NCBI GenBank assembly: GCA_963703225.1
Contig: OY969801.1
Coordinates: 64,001-128,000 of the forward strand
Length of the DNA stretch: 64,000 bases
Source of the DNA: Candidatus Eiseniibacteriota bacterium
GTDB lineage: Bacteria > Eisenbacteria > RBG-16-71-46 > SZUA-252
Direction of reading: 5' to 3'
In this document: in pieces, positions 36,280 through 47,458 of the stretch
Numbering within the stretch: position 1 is the stretch's first letter
How the letters are laid out: each line of letters opens with the position of its first letter
Notes under the pieces: model-generated
The model's input: only the letters and a program-made list of their open reading frames with translations
Databases searched by the model: none
What the model was told of the DNA's origin: nothing
Made by a program: the position numbers and the translations under genes

Positions 36280-37467
36280 ATGGATCGTCCGCCGAGCGAC
36301 TCGGGTCAGCCGGAATTCTCGCTCGTCCGGGGCGGTCCCTGGTACCAGATACAGATGGCGCTCCGGCTTCTGAACCCCAAGTCACTCCGAGTCGTATCCC
36401 GCGCGATCTTCTACGCTCTCCTGGCTTGGCTCCCACTGGCGATCCTCTCCCTTCTGGACGGTACGGCGTTCGGTCTCCCGGGGCGGGTTTCGTTCGTCGA
36501 AGACTTCGCCATCCACGCGCGTCTCCTGATCGCGCTTCCCATCCTGGTCATCGCCGAAGCCACCACCGATCGCTGGACCAGGACCATCGTCTCGCATCTA
36601 TCGACCTCGGGGATCGTGGTGGCAGAGGGAAGGGCCGGATTCGAGCAGGCCGTCCGAAGCTCCGCACGCCTTCGCGATTCATGGGTCGTGGAGCTGTTCA
36701 TTATCGGCCTCGCCATCCTGGGCGGGTGGACCCGTGTGATCCATGGCGTACGGGATTTCGGAGTTTGGTTTGAAGGCGCGGCGATCGGCGGCCACGCTCT
36801 CTCCCCGGCGGGATGGTGGCTCGGCCTTGTCGCCACGCCGCTCTTCGTCTCGATCTTTATTCGATCCCTGTGGAGGTTCGCGATCTGGAGCCGTTTCCTT
36901 TGGCTCTTATCGCGCACACCGCTCGACCTGAGGGGCGCGCATCCAGATCGAATGGGAGGGCTTGGGACGATCCAGATCGCACAGCGGGCATTTGCGCCGA
37001 CATTCGTCGCGATCGGCGTCCTCTGCTCCGCCGCGATCGCGAACCGTGTGATTCACCTCGGCGCATCGCTCCTCGGATTCAAGATGGTCATCGCGAGCCT
37101 CCTGGTCATCGCCGCGTGCGTCTATCTCGCGCCGTTGCTTGCATTCATCCCACGGCTCACGATCTGCAAGCGACAGGGCTTGCTCGACTATGACCGGTTG
37201 GGAGCCGAATACGTGCGCCGCTTCGGCCGGAAATGGATCGATCCCGAGGCTCCGTCGACGGAGCCGCTGCTCGGCACCAGCGACATTCAATCGCTCGCAG
37301 ATATCGGCGGGGCGTTCTTGCGGGTGGAGGAGATGAAGGTTATCCCCATGGACGTGAAGACCGCGATGGTCCCGATTCTCTCGGTCGGCCTTCCGATCCT
37401 GCCGTTGGCGTTGACGGTCATGCCGCTCGGAGACCTGCTCAAGCTCCTGATGAAGGCGGTGCTCTAG
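36280..37467 (+). CDS. Hypothetical multi-TM membrane protein
   Basis: FSLVRGGP, HARLLIALP, HPDRMGGLG, F.RKWI and DIQSLAD motifs; several TMs. Confidence 0.8.
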   Translation: MDRPPSDSGQPEFSLVRGGPWYQIQMALRLLNPKSLRVVSRAIFYALLAWLPLAILSLLDGTAFGLPGRVSFVEDFAIHARLLIALPILVIAEATTDRWTRTIVSHLSTSGIVVAEGRAGFEQAVRSSARLRDSWVVELFIIGLAILGGWTRVIHGVRDFGVWFEGAAIGGHALSPAGWWLGLVATPLFVSIFIRSLWRFAIWSRFLWLLSRTPLDLRGAHPDRMGGLGTIQIAQRAFAPTFVAIGVLCSAAIANRVIHLGASLLGFKMVIASLLVIAACVYLAPLLAFIPRLTICKRQGLLDYDRLGAEYVRRFGRKWIDPEAPSTEPLLGTSDIQSLADIGGAFLRVEEMKVIPMDVKTAMVPILSVGLPILPLALTVMPLGDLLKLLMKAVL

Positions 37468-37495
37468 CTGCATCGATTCGCGAAGGGAGAATGGA

Positions 37496-38869
37496 ATGTC
37501 GCTCAGGGTTCTCGTTGCGACGCTGCTGCTCCTCGGAACAGCGGCGGGGTCTGCGTCCGCGCAGGACACCAACTACTGGACCAATAAGTACGGAACGAGA
37601 TCCATCCTCCTGAACGGCGCGGTGATCGGGGGCCCGGTCGATATCAGCACGATGTACTACAACCCCGGTGGACTGGCCATGCTCAAGGATCCAGGAGTCG
37701 CGCTCGCCGTGAAGGCGTTCGAGTTCGCGAATATCTCGCTCCCCGACGCCGGAGGGAAGGGGTTCGACCTCGACGATCCGCGTTCCTCGGTCCTACCGAC
37801 CTTCGTCGGCGGCCTGCTCTCGTTGCGAATTCTTGGAAGCGACGCGGTCGCCTACTCCCTCTTCCCGAGACAGGGGCTTCGGACGAACATCACCGGACGG
37901 AGCGCGGGTCAGAGCGATGTGCTTCCATCGCCGGGGGTGGAGGACCACTTCGTGGAGGCGCGGCTGGAGCAGGACTTGGATGAGACCTGGGTGGGCATGA
38001 CCTGGTCCAAGAAGGTCGGGGAGCGCGTGGGGATCGGATTGAGCCCCTACGTCGCCGTGCGAAACCAGCGGACCCGCGTGCAAGTGATCGCGCAGGCCCT
38101 GGGAAGCGACAGCCTCGGGGCCGTGAGCAGCTCGGTGCGCGGTTTTCAGTATTACAACTATCGGCTCTTGGCCAAGGCTGGGATCTCCTTTGAATTCGAG
38201 AAGACCAACATCGGCTTCACGGTCACCACGCCCGGTGTGAAGCTCATGGGCAGCGGCGAAGCGGGGATCGACCGGCTCCGGATCGGTCAGGACGTGACCG
38301 GGGACGCGTTGGTCGACAATATCTACGCCGTCTCCCTCCAGCAGGACCTTCCGAGCGAATGGAAATCGCCCACTTCGATCGGCGCAGGGGCGACGGTGCC
38401 CTTGGGACAAAACACCCTCTATCTGAGCGGCGAGTGGTTTGACAAGGTCGACCCGTTCAACGTCCTCGATGTCGCGCCCGTGATCGACGAGGTCTCGGGC
38501 CAGCCGGTCCCGTTCCAGGTCGTCCAGCAGGCCAAGAGCGTCACGAATGGCGGGATCGGTCTCGAGCACCGCTTCGGCCCCAAGTTCACCGGCTATGCTT
38601 CGTTCTCCACCGACTACTCGACCGCCGTCCAGGGCAAGACCGACACGGCGTTCTCAACCTGGGACATCTACCTCGTCACAGCCGGCACGACCTTCCTGGT
38701 TGGCAAGTCCGAATTCACGGTCGGGGCCGGATACGCGTTCGGCAATAATGAGGCGGTGTTGCCTGCCTCCCTGACCTCCGGCACCGTGTCCAACGACATC
38801 GGCGCCCCGCCGACGCTGGGTACTGTCCACTATTCGAGCTTCCACCTGATCTTCGGCTTCTCGATATAG
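37496..38869 (+). CDS. Outer-membrane barrel, FadL/OmpP1-like
   Basis: Signal peptide; N-terminal plug G.RS..L.GA....D.STMYYNPGGL; aromatic C-terminus (IFGFSI). Confidence 0.7.
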   Translation: MSLRVLVATLLLLGTAAGSASAQDTNYWTNKYGTRSILLNGAVIGGPVDISTMYYNPGGLAMLKDPGVALAVKAFEFANISLPDAGGKGFDLDDPRSSVLPTFVGGLLSLRILGSDAVAYSLFPRQGLRTNITGRSAGQSDVLPSPGVEDHFVEARLEQDLDETWVGMTWSKKVGERVGIGLSPYVAVRNQRTRVQVIAQALGSDSLGAVSSSVRGFQYYNYRLLAKAGISFEFEKTNIGFTVTTPGVKLMGSGEAGIDRLRIGQDVTGDALVDNIYAVSLQQDLPSEWKSPTSIGAGATVPLGQNTLYLSGEWFDKVDPFNVLDVAPVIDEVSGQPVPFQVVQQAKSVTNGGIGLEHRFGPKFTGYASFSTDYSTAVQGKTDTAFSTWDIYLVTAGTTFLVGKSEFTVGAGYAFGNNEAVLPASLTSGTVSNDIGAPPTLGTVHYSSFHLIFGFSI

Positions 38870-38891
38870 ACTTGGTAGGGCAGGAGGGGTC

Positions 38892-41229
38892 ATGAAAAGG
38901 GGCACGCGTCCCGACCCCCCTGGCCGGCGCTTGGTTTTCGCCGCCATCGCGGTGGCCGCGGTGATCGTCCTCGGGGCTCTCGTGCTATGGCGCCGTGCGC
39001 CACGGAACGGCGATGGGGTCGTGGCGCCATCGGCGGACTACGTCGGCAGCGCGGTCTGCGCCACCTGCCACGCCGCCGAATCCGAGCGATGGGCCGGCTC
39101 CCACCACCAGCGCGCGATGCTCCTCCCCACCGAGGAGAACGTCCTCGCCGACTTCCAAAACACGGTCTTTGCCCGCCGGGGCGTCACGACCCGGTTCTCC
39201 CGAAAAGGACCGCTCTTCATGGTGGCCACCGAAGGGCCCGACGGGAAGGAGACCGAGTACGCCGTGAAGTACGTGATCGGCGTCGACCCCGTGCAGCAGT
39301 ACATCGTGGAATTTCCGGTTGGCAAGCTCCAGTGCGTCACCGTCGCATGGGACGTCCGCGCCCGGCGCTGGTACTCCCTCTACCCGGATCAACGGATCGC
39401 CCTCGACGATCCGCTTCACTGGACGGGGCGCTATCAGAACTGGAACCTCATGTGCGGCGACTGCCACACCACCAAATTCCAGAAGGGATACGAAGCCGCC
39501 GCGGACAGCTACCGGACCACGTGGTCCGAGTTCGACGTTGGATGCGAGGCGTGCCATGGCCCAGGCGGCGCCCACGTGGCGTGGGCTAAGAGGCACGGAA
39601 GGGGCGCGCGCTCAAGACCGAGTCGCTACGGAAGCGCAGCCGCGTCGGACGTAAAGCTCCTCGTGGATCTCAAGTCGGCCGGCGGGCGGACGGAAGTCGA
39701 AACATGCGCCCCCTGCCACGTCCGTGGCCACCGCCTCGGCGCGCCGCGCTCGCCCGGGGGTCCGCTCCTCGATGCGATCGTGCCCGAGGTGATGCGCGCA
39801 CCGCTCTATCACCCCGACGGCCAGATGCTGGACGAGGTCTACGAGTACGGCTCCTTTCGCCAGAGCAAGATGTACCAGCGTGGCGTCCGATGCTCCGACT
39901 GCCACGATCCTCACTCCGGTCAAACCAAGGCGGAGGGGAACGCGCTCTGTCTGGCGTGCCACGGCGAGCGGCCGAACCCCGCGTTTCCGACGCTCGCTGG
40001 CGAAGGCGTACGACGCGCCAACCCACCATTTTCACAAGATGGGAACCAAGGCGGCCCAGTGCGTCGCCTGCCACATGACGACCCGGAACTACATGGTGGT
40101 CGATGAGCGGCACGATCACTTCTTCCGCGTCCCGCGGCCGGACGAGAGCGCGCGGTGGGGGACCCCCAACGCCTGCAACGCCTGCCACGTCGACAAGTCC
40201 TCCGCGTGGGCGGCGGCCGCCGTCGAGCGCTGGTACGGCCCGGGCCGCCGGACCGATTCCCGCTTCGTCGAGGCGATCGCGGCGGGACGCGCGGTGGAGT
40301 CGGGTTCCGAGGCCAAGCTCCGCGCGGTCGCCTCGGACAGCGGGCGGACCGCCATGGCGCGGGCCACCGCGCTCGATCTTCTCCGCGAAGCGGGCTCCGA
40401 GACCGGTGGGATCCTGGCCGCGGGAATGAACGATCCCGACCCGATCGTGCGGGCGACCGCGGTGGCCGGGCTCGACGCGCTCCCCGCCAACCGGCGAATC
40501 GCGCTCGCGGCACCGCTCCTGAGAGATCCGATCCGGGCGGTGCGGGTGCAGGCGGCTCGGGTGCTCGCCCCGGCTCCCACGAGCCTCCTCACCAGCGCTC
40601 AGCGCCACGAGCTGGATGCCGCGATCGCCGAGTACCGCCAGGGTCTCCTCGCCATGGCCGACATGCCGTCGACCCATCTGAACTTGGCCGTGCTGGAGTC
40701 CGACCTGGGACGGACCGATCTGGCCGAGCGGGAGTACCGGAAGGCGCTCTCGATGGACCCCTATTTTCTCCCCGCGCGACAGAATCTGGCGACGCTTTAC
40801 AACCAAATGGGACGGAACGCCGACGCGGAGGGAGAGCTTCGCGAGGGGATCCGCCAGGTACCAGATCAAGGAGAGCTTCACTACTCGTTGGGCCTTCTCC
40901 TGGCCGAGCAGGGAAAATACGCCGCCGCCGCGCAATCGCTTCGGGAAGCCGCTCGGCTCCTCCCCCATCGCGCCCGGGTGAGGTACAACCTGGGACTGAC
41001 GCTGCAGCGACTGGGGCGGACGGCCGAGGCGGAGCGGGCGCTCCTCGACGCTTCGCTTATCGATCCCCAGGATCCGAACAACGCGTTTGCCCTCGCCGCA
41101 TTCTACGCCGGCGAGCGGCGGTGGAAGGACGCGCTCCCTTACGCGGAGCGCTTCGCCACGCTCAGCCCACGAGATGAGCGGGCGCTAGGCTTGTTGTCGC
41201 GGATCCGCGAGGCGCTCGAGGGGAAATAG
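38892..41229 (+). CDS. Membrane-anchored octaheme cytochrome c with HEAT-like and TPR repeats; +1 frameshift near 39999
   Basis: Six CxxCH motifs in ORF 38892-40106 (CATCH, CGDCH, CEACH, CAPCH, CSDCH, CLACH) and two in 39880-41229 (CVACH, CNACH). Removing one G at ~39999 joins them as ...FPTLAAKAYDAPTHH. Confidence 0.88.
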
Positions 41230-41328
41230 AGGTGCCCGCCCCGCAGAACCCATACTAGAACAACCCGCAATGAGACCGGCATGAGAACGTCGCCCTCCGA
41301 GCCCGTAGCCCTGTGGTATTCTCCGCCC

Positions 41329-42981
41329 GTGCGATCGCTGAAGGCTTTTCTCCCCGCCATCGCGTTCATCGTACTTTGTACGTCGGCGGCCTCGAACGTC
41401 GCGCTCGGCCAACTCCCACCGAGCGCGGCCGCGCCGGATTCCGCTACTCAGCAGGGATTCCCGGTAGTTCTCGACGGCCGCGAAATCTTCCGCGTCCAGG
41501 CCGGGATCAAGGCGCACGACGCCGATGCGCGCGCGCAGGCGACGTCCGAGCGTCTCCTCAGGCTCGCCAAGGACCGCTTCGCTCAGGTCGACTCGATCAC
41601 GGTCACCGACACCGACATCAGCGCCGACGTCGTCCTGGGCGAGCGAGTCCTATTCTCGGTCTTCGACGTGGACGCGGCCGCGGCGAATCGCGACCGGATG
41701 GGATTGGCCCAGGAGCGCGCCGCGGCTGCCCGGTCCGCGATCGAGGCGTTCCGCGTCCGGTACGCCGCCAAGACCCTCTTCATGGGCGTTGTTTGGGCCC
41801 TGGTTGCCACGATCGCGTTCCTTGCCTTTCTCGCCCTGCTTTCCAGGCTGCTCCGCGCGGCGATATCGGCCGTCGACGGCTGGGTCGACCGGAAACAAGA
41901 TCGCATCCGCGAGAAATCGAAGGCTATGTTGCCGCCCGACCAGGTGCGGACCGGGCTCCGAGGGCTCGCCCGCCTCACGCGTTTGCTGCTGGCACTGGTG
42001 GCCCTCTACGTGTACGTCGAGGTTGTGCTGGGGCTTTTTCCCTGGACGCAGCGCCTCGCGGGACATCTGCTGGGCGTCCTGCTCAACCCGCTCCGGGCAA
42101 TCGGCCTGGGGATATGGGGCCACCTGCCGGGCCTCATCTTCATCGCGGTCCTCGCATTTTTGATGCGCTACGTCCTCAAGTTCGCGAAATTCGTATTCGA
42201 CGAAATCAATTCCGGCCGGATCAAGATCTCCGGCTTCTACCCAGACTGGGCGAAGCCGACCTACAACATAGTCCGGATCCTGCTCCTCTTGTTCACGGTG
42301 ATCGTCGCCTACCCCTACATCCCGGGATCGGACACGGAGGCGTTCAAGGGGGTCTCGCTCTTCCTGGGGGTCCTGGTCTCCTTGGGCTCGACCTCCGCAG
42401 TGGCGAACATCGTGGCCGGGATCATCCTGACCTACATGCGCGCGTTCCGGGTGGGGGACATCATCGAGGTCGGCGAGCAGCGAGGCATCGTCACGGAAAT
42501 GTCCCTCCTCGCCACCCACGTCCGCACGCCGAAGAACGTTCTGGTGACGATCCCCAACGCCACGGTTCTCAGCTCCCACGTGACGAACTTCAGCACGCAC
42601 GCCAAGGATCGTGGGTTGATCCTGAACACCACGGTTGGAATCGGATACGACGTGCCGTGGCGCCAGGTTCACGCCATGCTGTTGAACGCCGCCGCCCAGA
42701 CCAAGGGGGTGCTCCAAGAGCCCGCCCCCTTTGTCCTCCAGCGGTCGCTCGACGACATGTGCGTCCGGTACGAGCTCAACGCCTACACCGAGAAGGCGGA
42801 GACCATGCTCCGCGTCTACTCCGACCTCCACAAGCGCGTCCTCGACGCGTTCAACGAGTACGGCGTCCAGATCATGACTCCGAGCTACGAGGGAGATCGC
42901 GAAGTTCCGGCGGTGGTGCCCAAGGAGAAGTGGTACGCGCCACCCGCCAAGCGGCCGGGCGAGGCGGGGGCCGACGAGTAA
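41329..42981 (+). CDS. mscS: Small-conductance mechanosensitive channel family protein with a periplasmic N-domain
   Basis: SLGS.SAVANIVAG, FRVGD.I, VTIPN, V.IGYDVPWRQV and FNEYGVQIMTPSY motifs. GTG 41329 gives a clean signal peptide. Confidence 0.88.
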   Translation: MRSLKAFLPAIAFIVLCTSAASNVALGQLPPSAAAPDSATQQGFPVVLDGREIFRVQAGIKAHDADARAQATSERLLRLAKDRFAQVDSITVTDTDISADVVLGERVLFSVFDVDAAAANRDRMGLAQERAAAARSAIEAFRVRYAAKTLFMGVVWALVATIAFLAFLALLSRLLRAAISAVDGWVDRKQDRIREKSKAMLPPDQVRTGLRGLARLTRLLLALVALYVYVEVVLGLFPWTQRLAGHLLGVLLNPLRAIGLGIWGHLPGLIFIAVLAFLMRYVLKFAKFVFDEINSGRIKISGFYPDWAKPTYNIVRILLLLFTVIVAYPYIPGSDTEAFKGVSLFLGVLVSLGSTSAVANIVAGIILTYMRAFRVGDIIEVGEQRGIVTEMSLLATHVRTPKNVLVTIPNATVLSSHVTNFSTHAKDRGLILNTTVGIGYDVPWRQVHAMLLNAAAQTKGVLQEPAPFVLQRSLDDMCVRYELNAYTEKAETMLRVYSDLHKRVLDAFNEYGVQIMTPSYEGDREVPAVVPKEKWYAPPAKRPGEAGADE

Positions 42982-43070
42982 CCAGAAAACGCGATCGCTG
43001 CGCAAAGCGATCGGCGCGGCCAGCCCGGACTCCCGGGTTAACCGCGCCGATTCGATTTCGGACGGCTCGG

Positions 43071-43535
43071 CTACTTCACGAGCGGAATGTTCGTCGCCAG
43101 ATCGTACTGGATGATCGCATCCATCTTGTTCTCGATCTGGTAATAGCGGATCAGCTTCTTTGCGGGTAGGGCCTTTCCGAATTTCTTCACGTATGTCTTC
43201 TGAAGACCGACCCTCTCGGCGCGGAGCCCCATCCACTGGTCGAGCATCTTCTGGGCCTGAACGTCCGTGAGGGAGTCTTGCTGGGCCCCGTAATCCTTCA
43301 TGAGCGCGACGACCCTGTCGTCCACCTTGCGGACGTCCTCACGGTAGAGGTTATAGACGGGCCAGAACGCCGCGCTCTCCGTGTCGGTCATTTGCATGAG
43401 CTGCGCGACGATGGCCTTCCGGTCGGCGTGGATTTGCGCCCGCGCAGCTTCCAACTCGTCCGTGGCCGTCTGAGCAACTGCCGGGGCCGCCATCAAGAAG
43501 CTGGCGAGCGCGACTGCGACGCGGAAACCTTTCAT
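43071..43535 (-). CDS. Exported helical hypothetical protein
   Basis: GGAGGAG RBS; signal MKGFRVAVALASFLMAAPAVA|Q; motifs RKAIV...M......AFWPVY..Y and RYYQIENK. Confidence 0.8.
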   Translation of the reverse strand: MKGFRVAVALASFLMAAPAVAQTATDELEAARAQIHADRKAIVAQLMQMTDTESAAFWPVYNLYREDVRKVDDRVVALMKDYGAQQDSLTDVQAQKMLDQWMGLRAERVGLQKTYVKKFGKALPAKKLIRYYQIENKMDAIIQYDLATNIPLVK

Positions 43536-43604
43536 GACTGCTCTCCTCCTGGAATGTGTGGGCACGCCCGCACGAAGGCGGGCGAAGCTTGGTAGGATAT
43601 CACG

Positions 43605-44480
43605 ATGCGCCGCGCCGGGCAGTGGCAATCGCTGGCAGCCTCCATAGGCCTTGTCGTGGCGCTTGCGATGGCCGGCCCGGCCTTTGGCTCCAGCATCTAC
43701 GACCACCGCACCGTCGCCCGGCGCGCCCTCACGGAGATGGGTTGGAGGCAGGAAGGCGATATCGACCGGGTCATCACGTGCAACATGGCTACCGATTTCG
43801 GCCGGCTCAACGCCTTCTCGCGGACCCTGTCGCGCGTGCTCTACCCCGGCTCGGGGTTCCAGATCAACGGCGTGCGCGCGATGGCGCGCACGGCCCCCTT
43901 CTCGAGCGAGGGGACCCTCGGGTTTCACTTCAACAGCCTGTACAGCTACTCGGCGATCGAGACGCGGTGGCGCGATCTGGGTGGATGGGCCGACCATGTC
44001 AGCGATTCGATCGGCGCGGGAACGATGCCCCCGGAGCTGGAGCACGAGACCTATCTAAGACTGGTTGGAATGGTCTCCCACGCGGTGCAGGACTTCTACG
44101 CCCATGCCAATTGGGTCGGGCTCCTCGATCACGACACGCCGGGCGAAATGAAGGCCGACGAGTTCCCTCTCTGGGAGGAGCTGGTCCAGGACCACGGCGG
44201 CTGGCGGGAACGTCATCCGGAGTTCCACTTCGCCGCGGCGCTCGACCGCCTGCGGATTTCCGACCGCGAGCGGAGCGCCACCGAGGATCACGGCGGGCTC
44301 CAGACCGGCCGGACGGGCGGGGAACATATCTCGGGCGTCCAGCCGTGGATGCACCGGCACAAGGGCGGGGAGGAGAAGGCCGTGGTCTCCGATCTCGCGC
44401 GCCGCGCGATCATTCTGTGGATCCAGCGGATCGATCAGCGTCTCGAGCAGGCGCGGCAGCGCGCTCAGGGCAAGAAGTAG
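43605..44480 (+). CDS. Exported protein with a HET-C/Zn-dependent phospholipase C-like motif
   Basis: Signal peptide; N-terminal H, N..TD, FHF and [16 protein letters not shown] motifs. Confidence 0.65.
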   Translation: MRRAGQWQSLAASIGLVVALAMAGPAFGSSIYDHRTVARRALTEMGWRQEGDIDRVITCNMATDFGRLNAFSRTLSRVLYPGSGFQINGVRAMARTAPFSSEGTLGFHFNSLYSYSAIETRWRDLGGWADHVSDSIGAGTMPPELEHETYLRLVGMVSHAVQDFYAHANWVGLLDHDTPGEMKADEFPLWEELVQDHGGWRERHPEFHFAAALDRLRISDRERSATEDHGGLQTGRTGGEHISGVQPWMHRHKGGEEKAVVSDLARRAIILWIQRIDQRLEQARQRAQGKK

Positions 44481-45580
44481 AAGGCGATCGCGAGGATTCC
44501 GTATACCGCGAGCATCAACGCTCCCTCCAGCCAGTTCGATTCGCCGTCCTGCGAAACCAGATTGACAACCCCCATCGCGATCGCCACCGCGAGCACCTCG
44601 AACGGCGTGAATCGGAGGTCCATCGGGCCGTGGGGCATGAAGTGGGAAACGAAGATGAGGACGGGCGCCACGAAGAGCGCGATCTGGATGCTCGAGCCGA
44701 TCGCGATGTTGAGCGAGAGGTCCATCTTGTTCTTGAGGGCGACGATGATCGCCGTGGAGTGCTCCGCCGCGTTCCCGATCACGGCCACCACCACCACTCC
44801 GATGAAGACCTGCGTGAGGCCGAGGGCGTGCGCGGTTTCTTCCACCGAGCCGACCAGAAGCTCGCTCATCCACGCGACGAGGGCCGTGGCCACGAGGAGG
44901 GTTGCTACCGTTCGAGGGACCGAGACGCCCTGCGTCGTCTCCTTGTGTTCTTCCGGAGAATTCTGGCCCGCGTAGAGGTGCCGGTGGGTCCTCAGGCTGA
45001 AGACGAGGCTGAGAAGGTAAGCCGTGAAGAGCACGATCGCGATCTCGAGGGAGAGGCTTCGCTCCAACGCCATCTCGCGCGCCCTCGTCATCTCGGCCCT
45101 CCCGACCGCCGATTCGACGACCTGGTGGAAGAGCGCGGGGACCAAGAGTCCAATCGTCGCGAGCGCCAGCAGCGTCGAGCCCGCCGCCGCCGCGGCGCGG
45201 TCGAAGGTCAGCCGCTCCCGTTTCAGCCCGCCCGCGAGCAACGCTCCCCCGAGCACCAGAAGCACGTTCCCGATGATCGATCCGGTGAGAGAGGCTTTGA
45301 CCACGTCGTAGAGGCCTTGGCGGAGCGCGACCAGGGCGATGATCAGCTCCGCCGCGTTCCCAAAGGTCGCGTTCAAGAGCCCACCCACGCCCGCACCCAG
45401 CCGGGACGCGATTCGCTCGGTGGCTTCACCCATCATTCCCGCGAGCGGGATGATCGCGACGCAGGCAAAGGCGAACACGGGGAGGGCGCCCCAATGGAGG
45501 AACGAAGCGGCCGCGGCGAGTGGGATGAAGATGAGGAGAAGCCGGAGTGCGTTTTCGAGGCGAAGCGCGGAACGCTTCAA
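44465..45580 (-). CDS. cax: Calcium/proton exchanger (CaCA family)
   Basis: [43 protein letters not shown] and DGESNWLEG motifs. Confidence 0.95.
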   Translation of the reverse strand: MKRSALRLENALRLLLIFIPLAAAASFLHWGALPVFAFACVAIIPLAGMMGEATERIASRLGAGVGGLLNATFGNAAELIIALVALRQGLYDVVKASLTGSIIGNVLLVLGGALLAGGLKRERLTFDRAAAAAGSTLLALATIGLLVPALFHQVVESAVGRAEMTRAREMALERSLSLEIAIVLFTAYLLSLVFSLRTHRHLYAGQNSPEEHKETTQGVSVPRTVATLLVATALVAWMSELLVGSVEETAHALGLTQVFIGVVVVAVIGNAAEHSTAIIVALKNKMDLSLNIAIGSSIQIALFVAPVLIFVSHFMPHGPMDLRFTPFEVLAVAIAMGVVNLVSQDGESNWLEGALMLAVYGILAIAFYFLP

Positions 45581-45590
45581 CGCCGTAACG

Positions 45591-46238
45591 CTAGAAATAC
45601 CAGTTGAGGCTCAGGACCGCCGGGAAGAACCAGGTCTCTTCGAATACCGCGTTGTCGATCTTCTGGTAGTTCGCGGAAACGTCGATTCCCGCCGCCAGCG
45701 CGGAGGAAAGTCGGAATTCGTATCCGCCTCCGAACGTGAGGCCAAGGCCGCCCTCGTCGCGGTGCTCACCGTCGTCCAAGGAGTCCGGCCCGGTGCCGAT
45801 GAAGGAACTCTGGAATACCGTGAGTCGTCCATTGGCAAATCCGACGCCCCCACGGAAGTAGATGCCGCCCGTCTCGTCGTCGGGATTCCCGGGGAAGACC
45901 GTCAGCGCGGCGGTCACGTTCTGGATTCCAACCCGCACCTTGGACGCCCCGAATCCCTGCTCATCCAACCATCCCCGCTGATCGATGCTCGCCATGAAAT
46001 GGGGCCCGAGCATCTTGCCGATGCGAAGCTGGGGACAGGCACCTTCCTGCCATCCGGTGTCGATGTTCTGGAGTCCAGGGCCGGTCGAGATCTTGCTTTC
46101 GCCGTAGCCGATGCCGATGCCGAACATCCACCCGTCGCGGACATGCCGCTTGAGCGCGAGCGCGTCGGTCGCAAAAGCGCCCGCCGAGATGAGACAGGCG
46201 CAGCCCACGAGGAGATACCTGCGCAGGGTCGGCTCCAT
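45591..46238 (-). CDS. Small outer-membrane beta-barrel protein
   Basis: Signal peptide; GG.GYEFRL; C-terminal LSLNWYF. Confidence 0.8.
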   Translation of the reverse strand: MEPTLRRYLLVGCACLISAGAFATDALALKRHVRDGWMFGIGIGYGESKISTGPGLQNIDTGWQEGACPQLRIGKMLGPHFMASIDQRGWLDEQGFGASKVRVGIQNVTAALTVFPGNPDDETGGIYFRGGVGFANGRLTVFQSSFIGTGPDSLDDGEHRDEGGLGLTFGGGYEFRLSSALAAGIDVSANYQKIDNAVFEETWFFPAVLSLNWYF

Positions 46239-46312
46239 CGGAGTGAGGCTAGCAGCCTCGTCGGAAATCTTCTAGTGGTATCCAACCGCAGCCGATATTA
46301 TGCGCTCCGTCC

Positions 46313-47458
46313 ATGCGCTCGCCCCTGATCGCGCTCTTCAGCGTCGCGCTCCTCGCGCCGGCCATCGGCCTCGCCGAACCCGGCCACCACGCGGTCAGTC
46401 TCGCCCTCCTCTATCCGATCAGCACGAATCAGGACCCGGACATCTCCACCAACCTCCGCCTCTCCCTCCTCTACGGTCGCGTGGGATCGGTCCACGGCAT
46501 CGACCTAAACGGCGTGGCGGCGCTCACGAGCAGGGACGTCAAAGGCGTGCAATTCAACGGGCTCTATTCCCAGGTCGGCGGCGACATGAAGGGCCTCCAG
46601 TGGACCGGGGCCGTCAACTACGTGCGCGGCGACGTGGGGGGCCTCCAGATCGCCTATTTGGGCAACGTCAATCGCGGAGCCGTGACCGGCCTTCAATTCG
46701 GCGGGCTTTTCAACCTCGTCGGGGGCCAGCTCTACGGAGCTCAGGCGGCCGCCGTGATCAATACCGTGGACGGCGACGCCGGGTTCATCCAGTGGTCGGG
46801 CGTTGCCGGATCCGTCGGCGGCGACTTCGAGGGATTTCAAGCCTCCGGTGGCTACGCCTTCGTCGGCGGGCGGATGGCCGGCGTTCAGCTCGCGCTCGTG
46901 AATTTCGCGACCGAAATGGCGGGTGTCCAGGCGGGCGGCGCGAATTTCACGCGCCAGTCGGGCGGGCTTCAACTGGGCGCGTTCAACTGGGCCCGGGAGC
47001 AGACCGGCGTGCCGGTCGGGATGGTGAATGCGACGACCGGAGGTGAAATCACCTGGGTGACCTACGCCAGCAACCTCTCGCCCTTCAACACGGGGATCGA
47101 GACGGAGGTCCGCGGCTTCTATTCCATGCTCACCATGGGTGGCCACGATTCGAAGGGGGACGTTCGGGACGCACTCGTTTTGACGTGGAACTACGGCCGC
47201 GCGTTCCCGGTTGCAAACAAGACTCGAATCGGGGCCGACCTCGGCTTCTCCCATTACATTCCGGCCAAGGAGAATGACCCGACTCTGAATGATCGGCTTC
47301 ACTACGCGATTCAAGCAAGAGGCCTCGTGGAGCGGAGGTTCGGCCCCAGGACGGCGGCCTTCGTCGGAGGCGGAGTGGCGCGGATCTACTCGGACTATTC
47401 AGCCGACGCGGTGGGCGACACCGAGCCGATCTTCTTCGGCGGGGTATCTCTCTTCTGA
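46313..47458 (+). CDS. Surface protein with 15-residue G.Q..G..N repeats (LA_2272-like) and a C-terminal barrel
   Basis: Repeats such as [30 protein letters not shown] and [10 protein letters not shown]; ends in GGVSLF. Confidence 0.75.
   Translation: MRSPLIALFSVALLAPAIGLAEPGHHAVSLALLYPISTNQDPDISTNLRLSLLYGRVGSVHGIDLNGVAALTSRDVKGVQFNGLYSQVGGDMKGLQWTGAVNYVRGDVGGLQIAYLGNVNRGAVTGLQFGGLFNLVGGQLYGAQAAAVINTVDGDAGFIQWSGVAGSVGGDFEGFQASGGYAFVGGRMAGVQLALVNFATEMAGVQAGGANFTRQSGGLQLGAFNWAREQTGVPVGMVNATTGGEITWVTYASNLSPFNTGIETEVRGFYSMLTMGGHDSKGDVRDALVLTWNYGRAFPVANKTRIGADLGFSHYIPAKENDPTLNDRLHYAIQARGLVERRFGPRTAAFVGGGVARIYSDYSADAVGDTEPIFFGGVSLF

Noticed and set aside
39990..40005. Programmed ribosomal frameshift in the cytochrome gene
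   Set aside because: No slippery heptamer, and the same +1 pattern recurs in unrelated genes.
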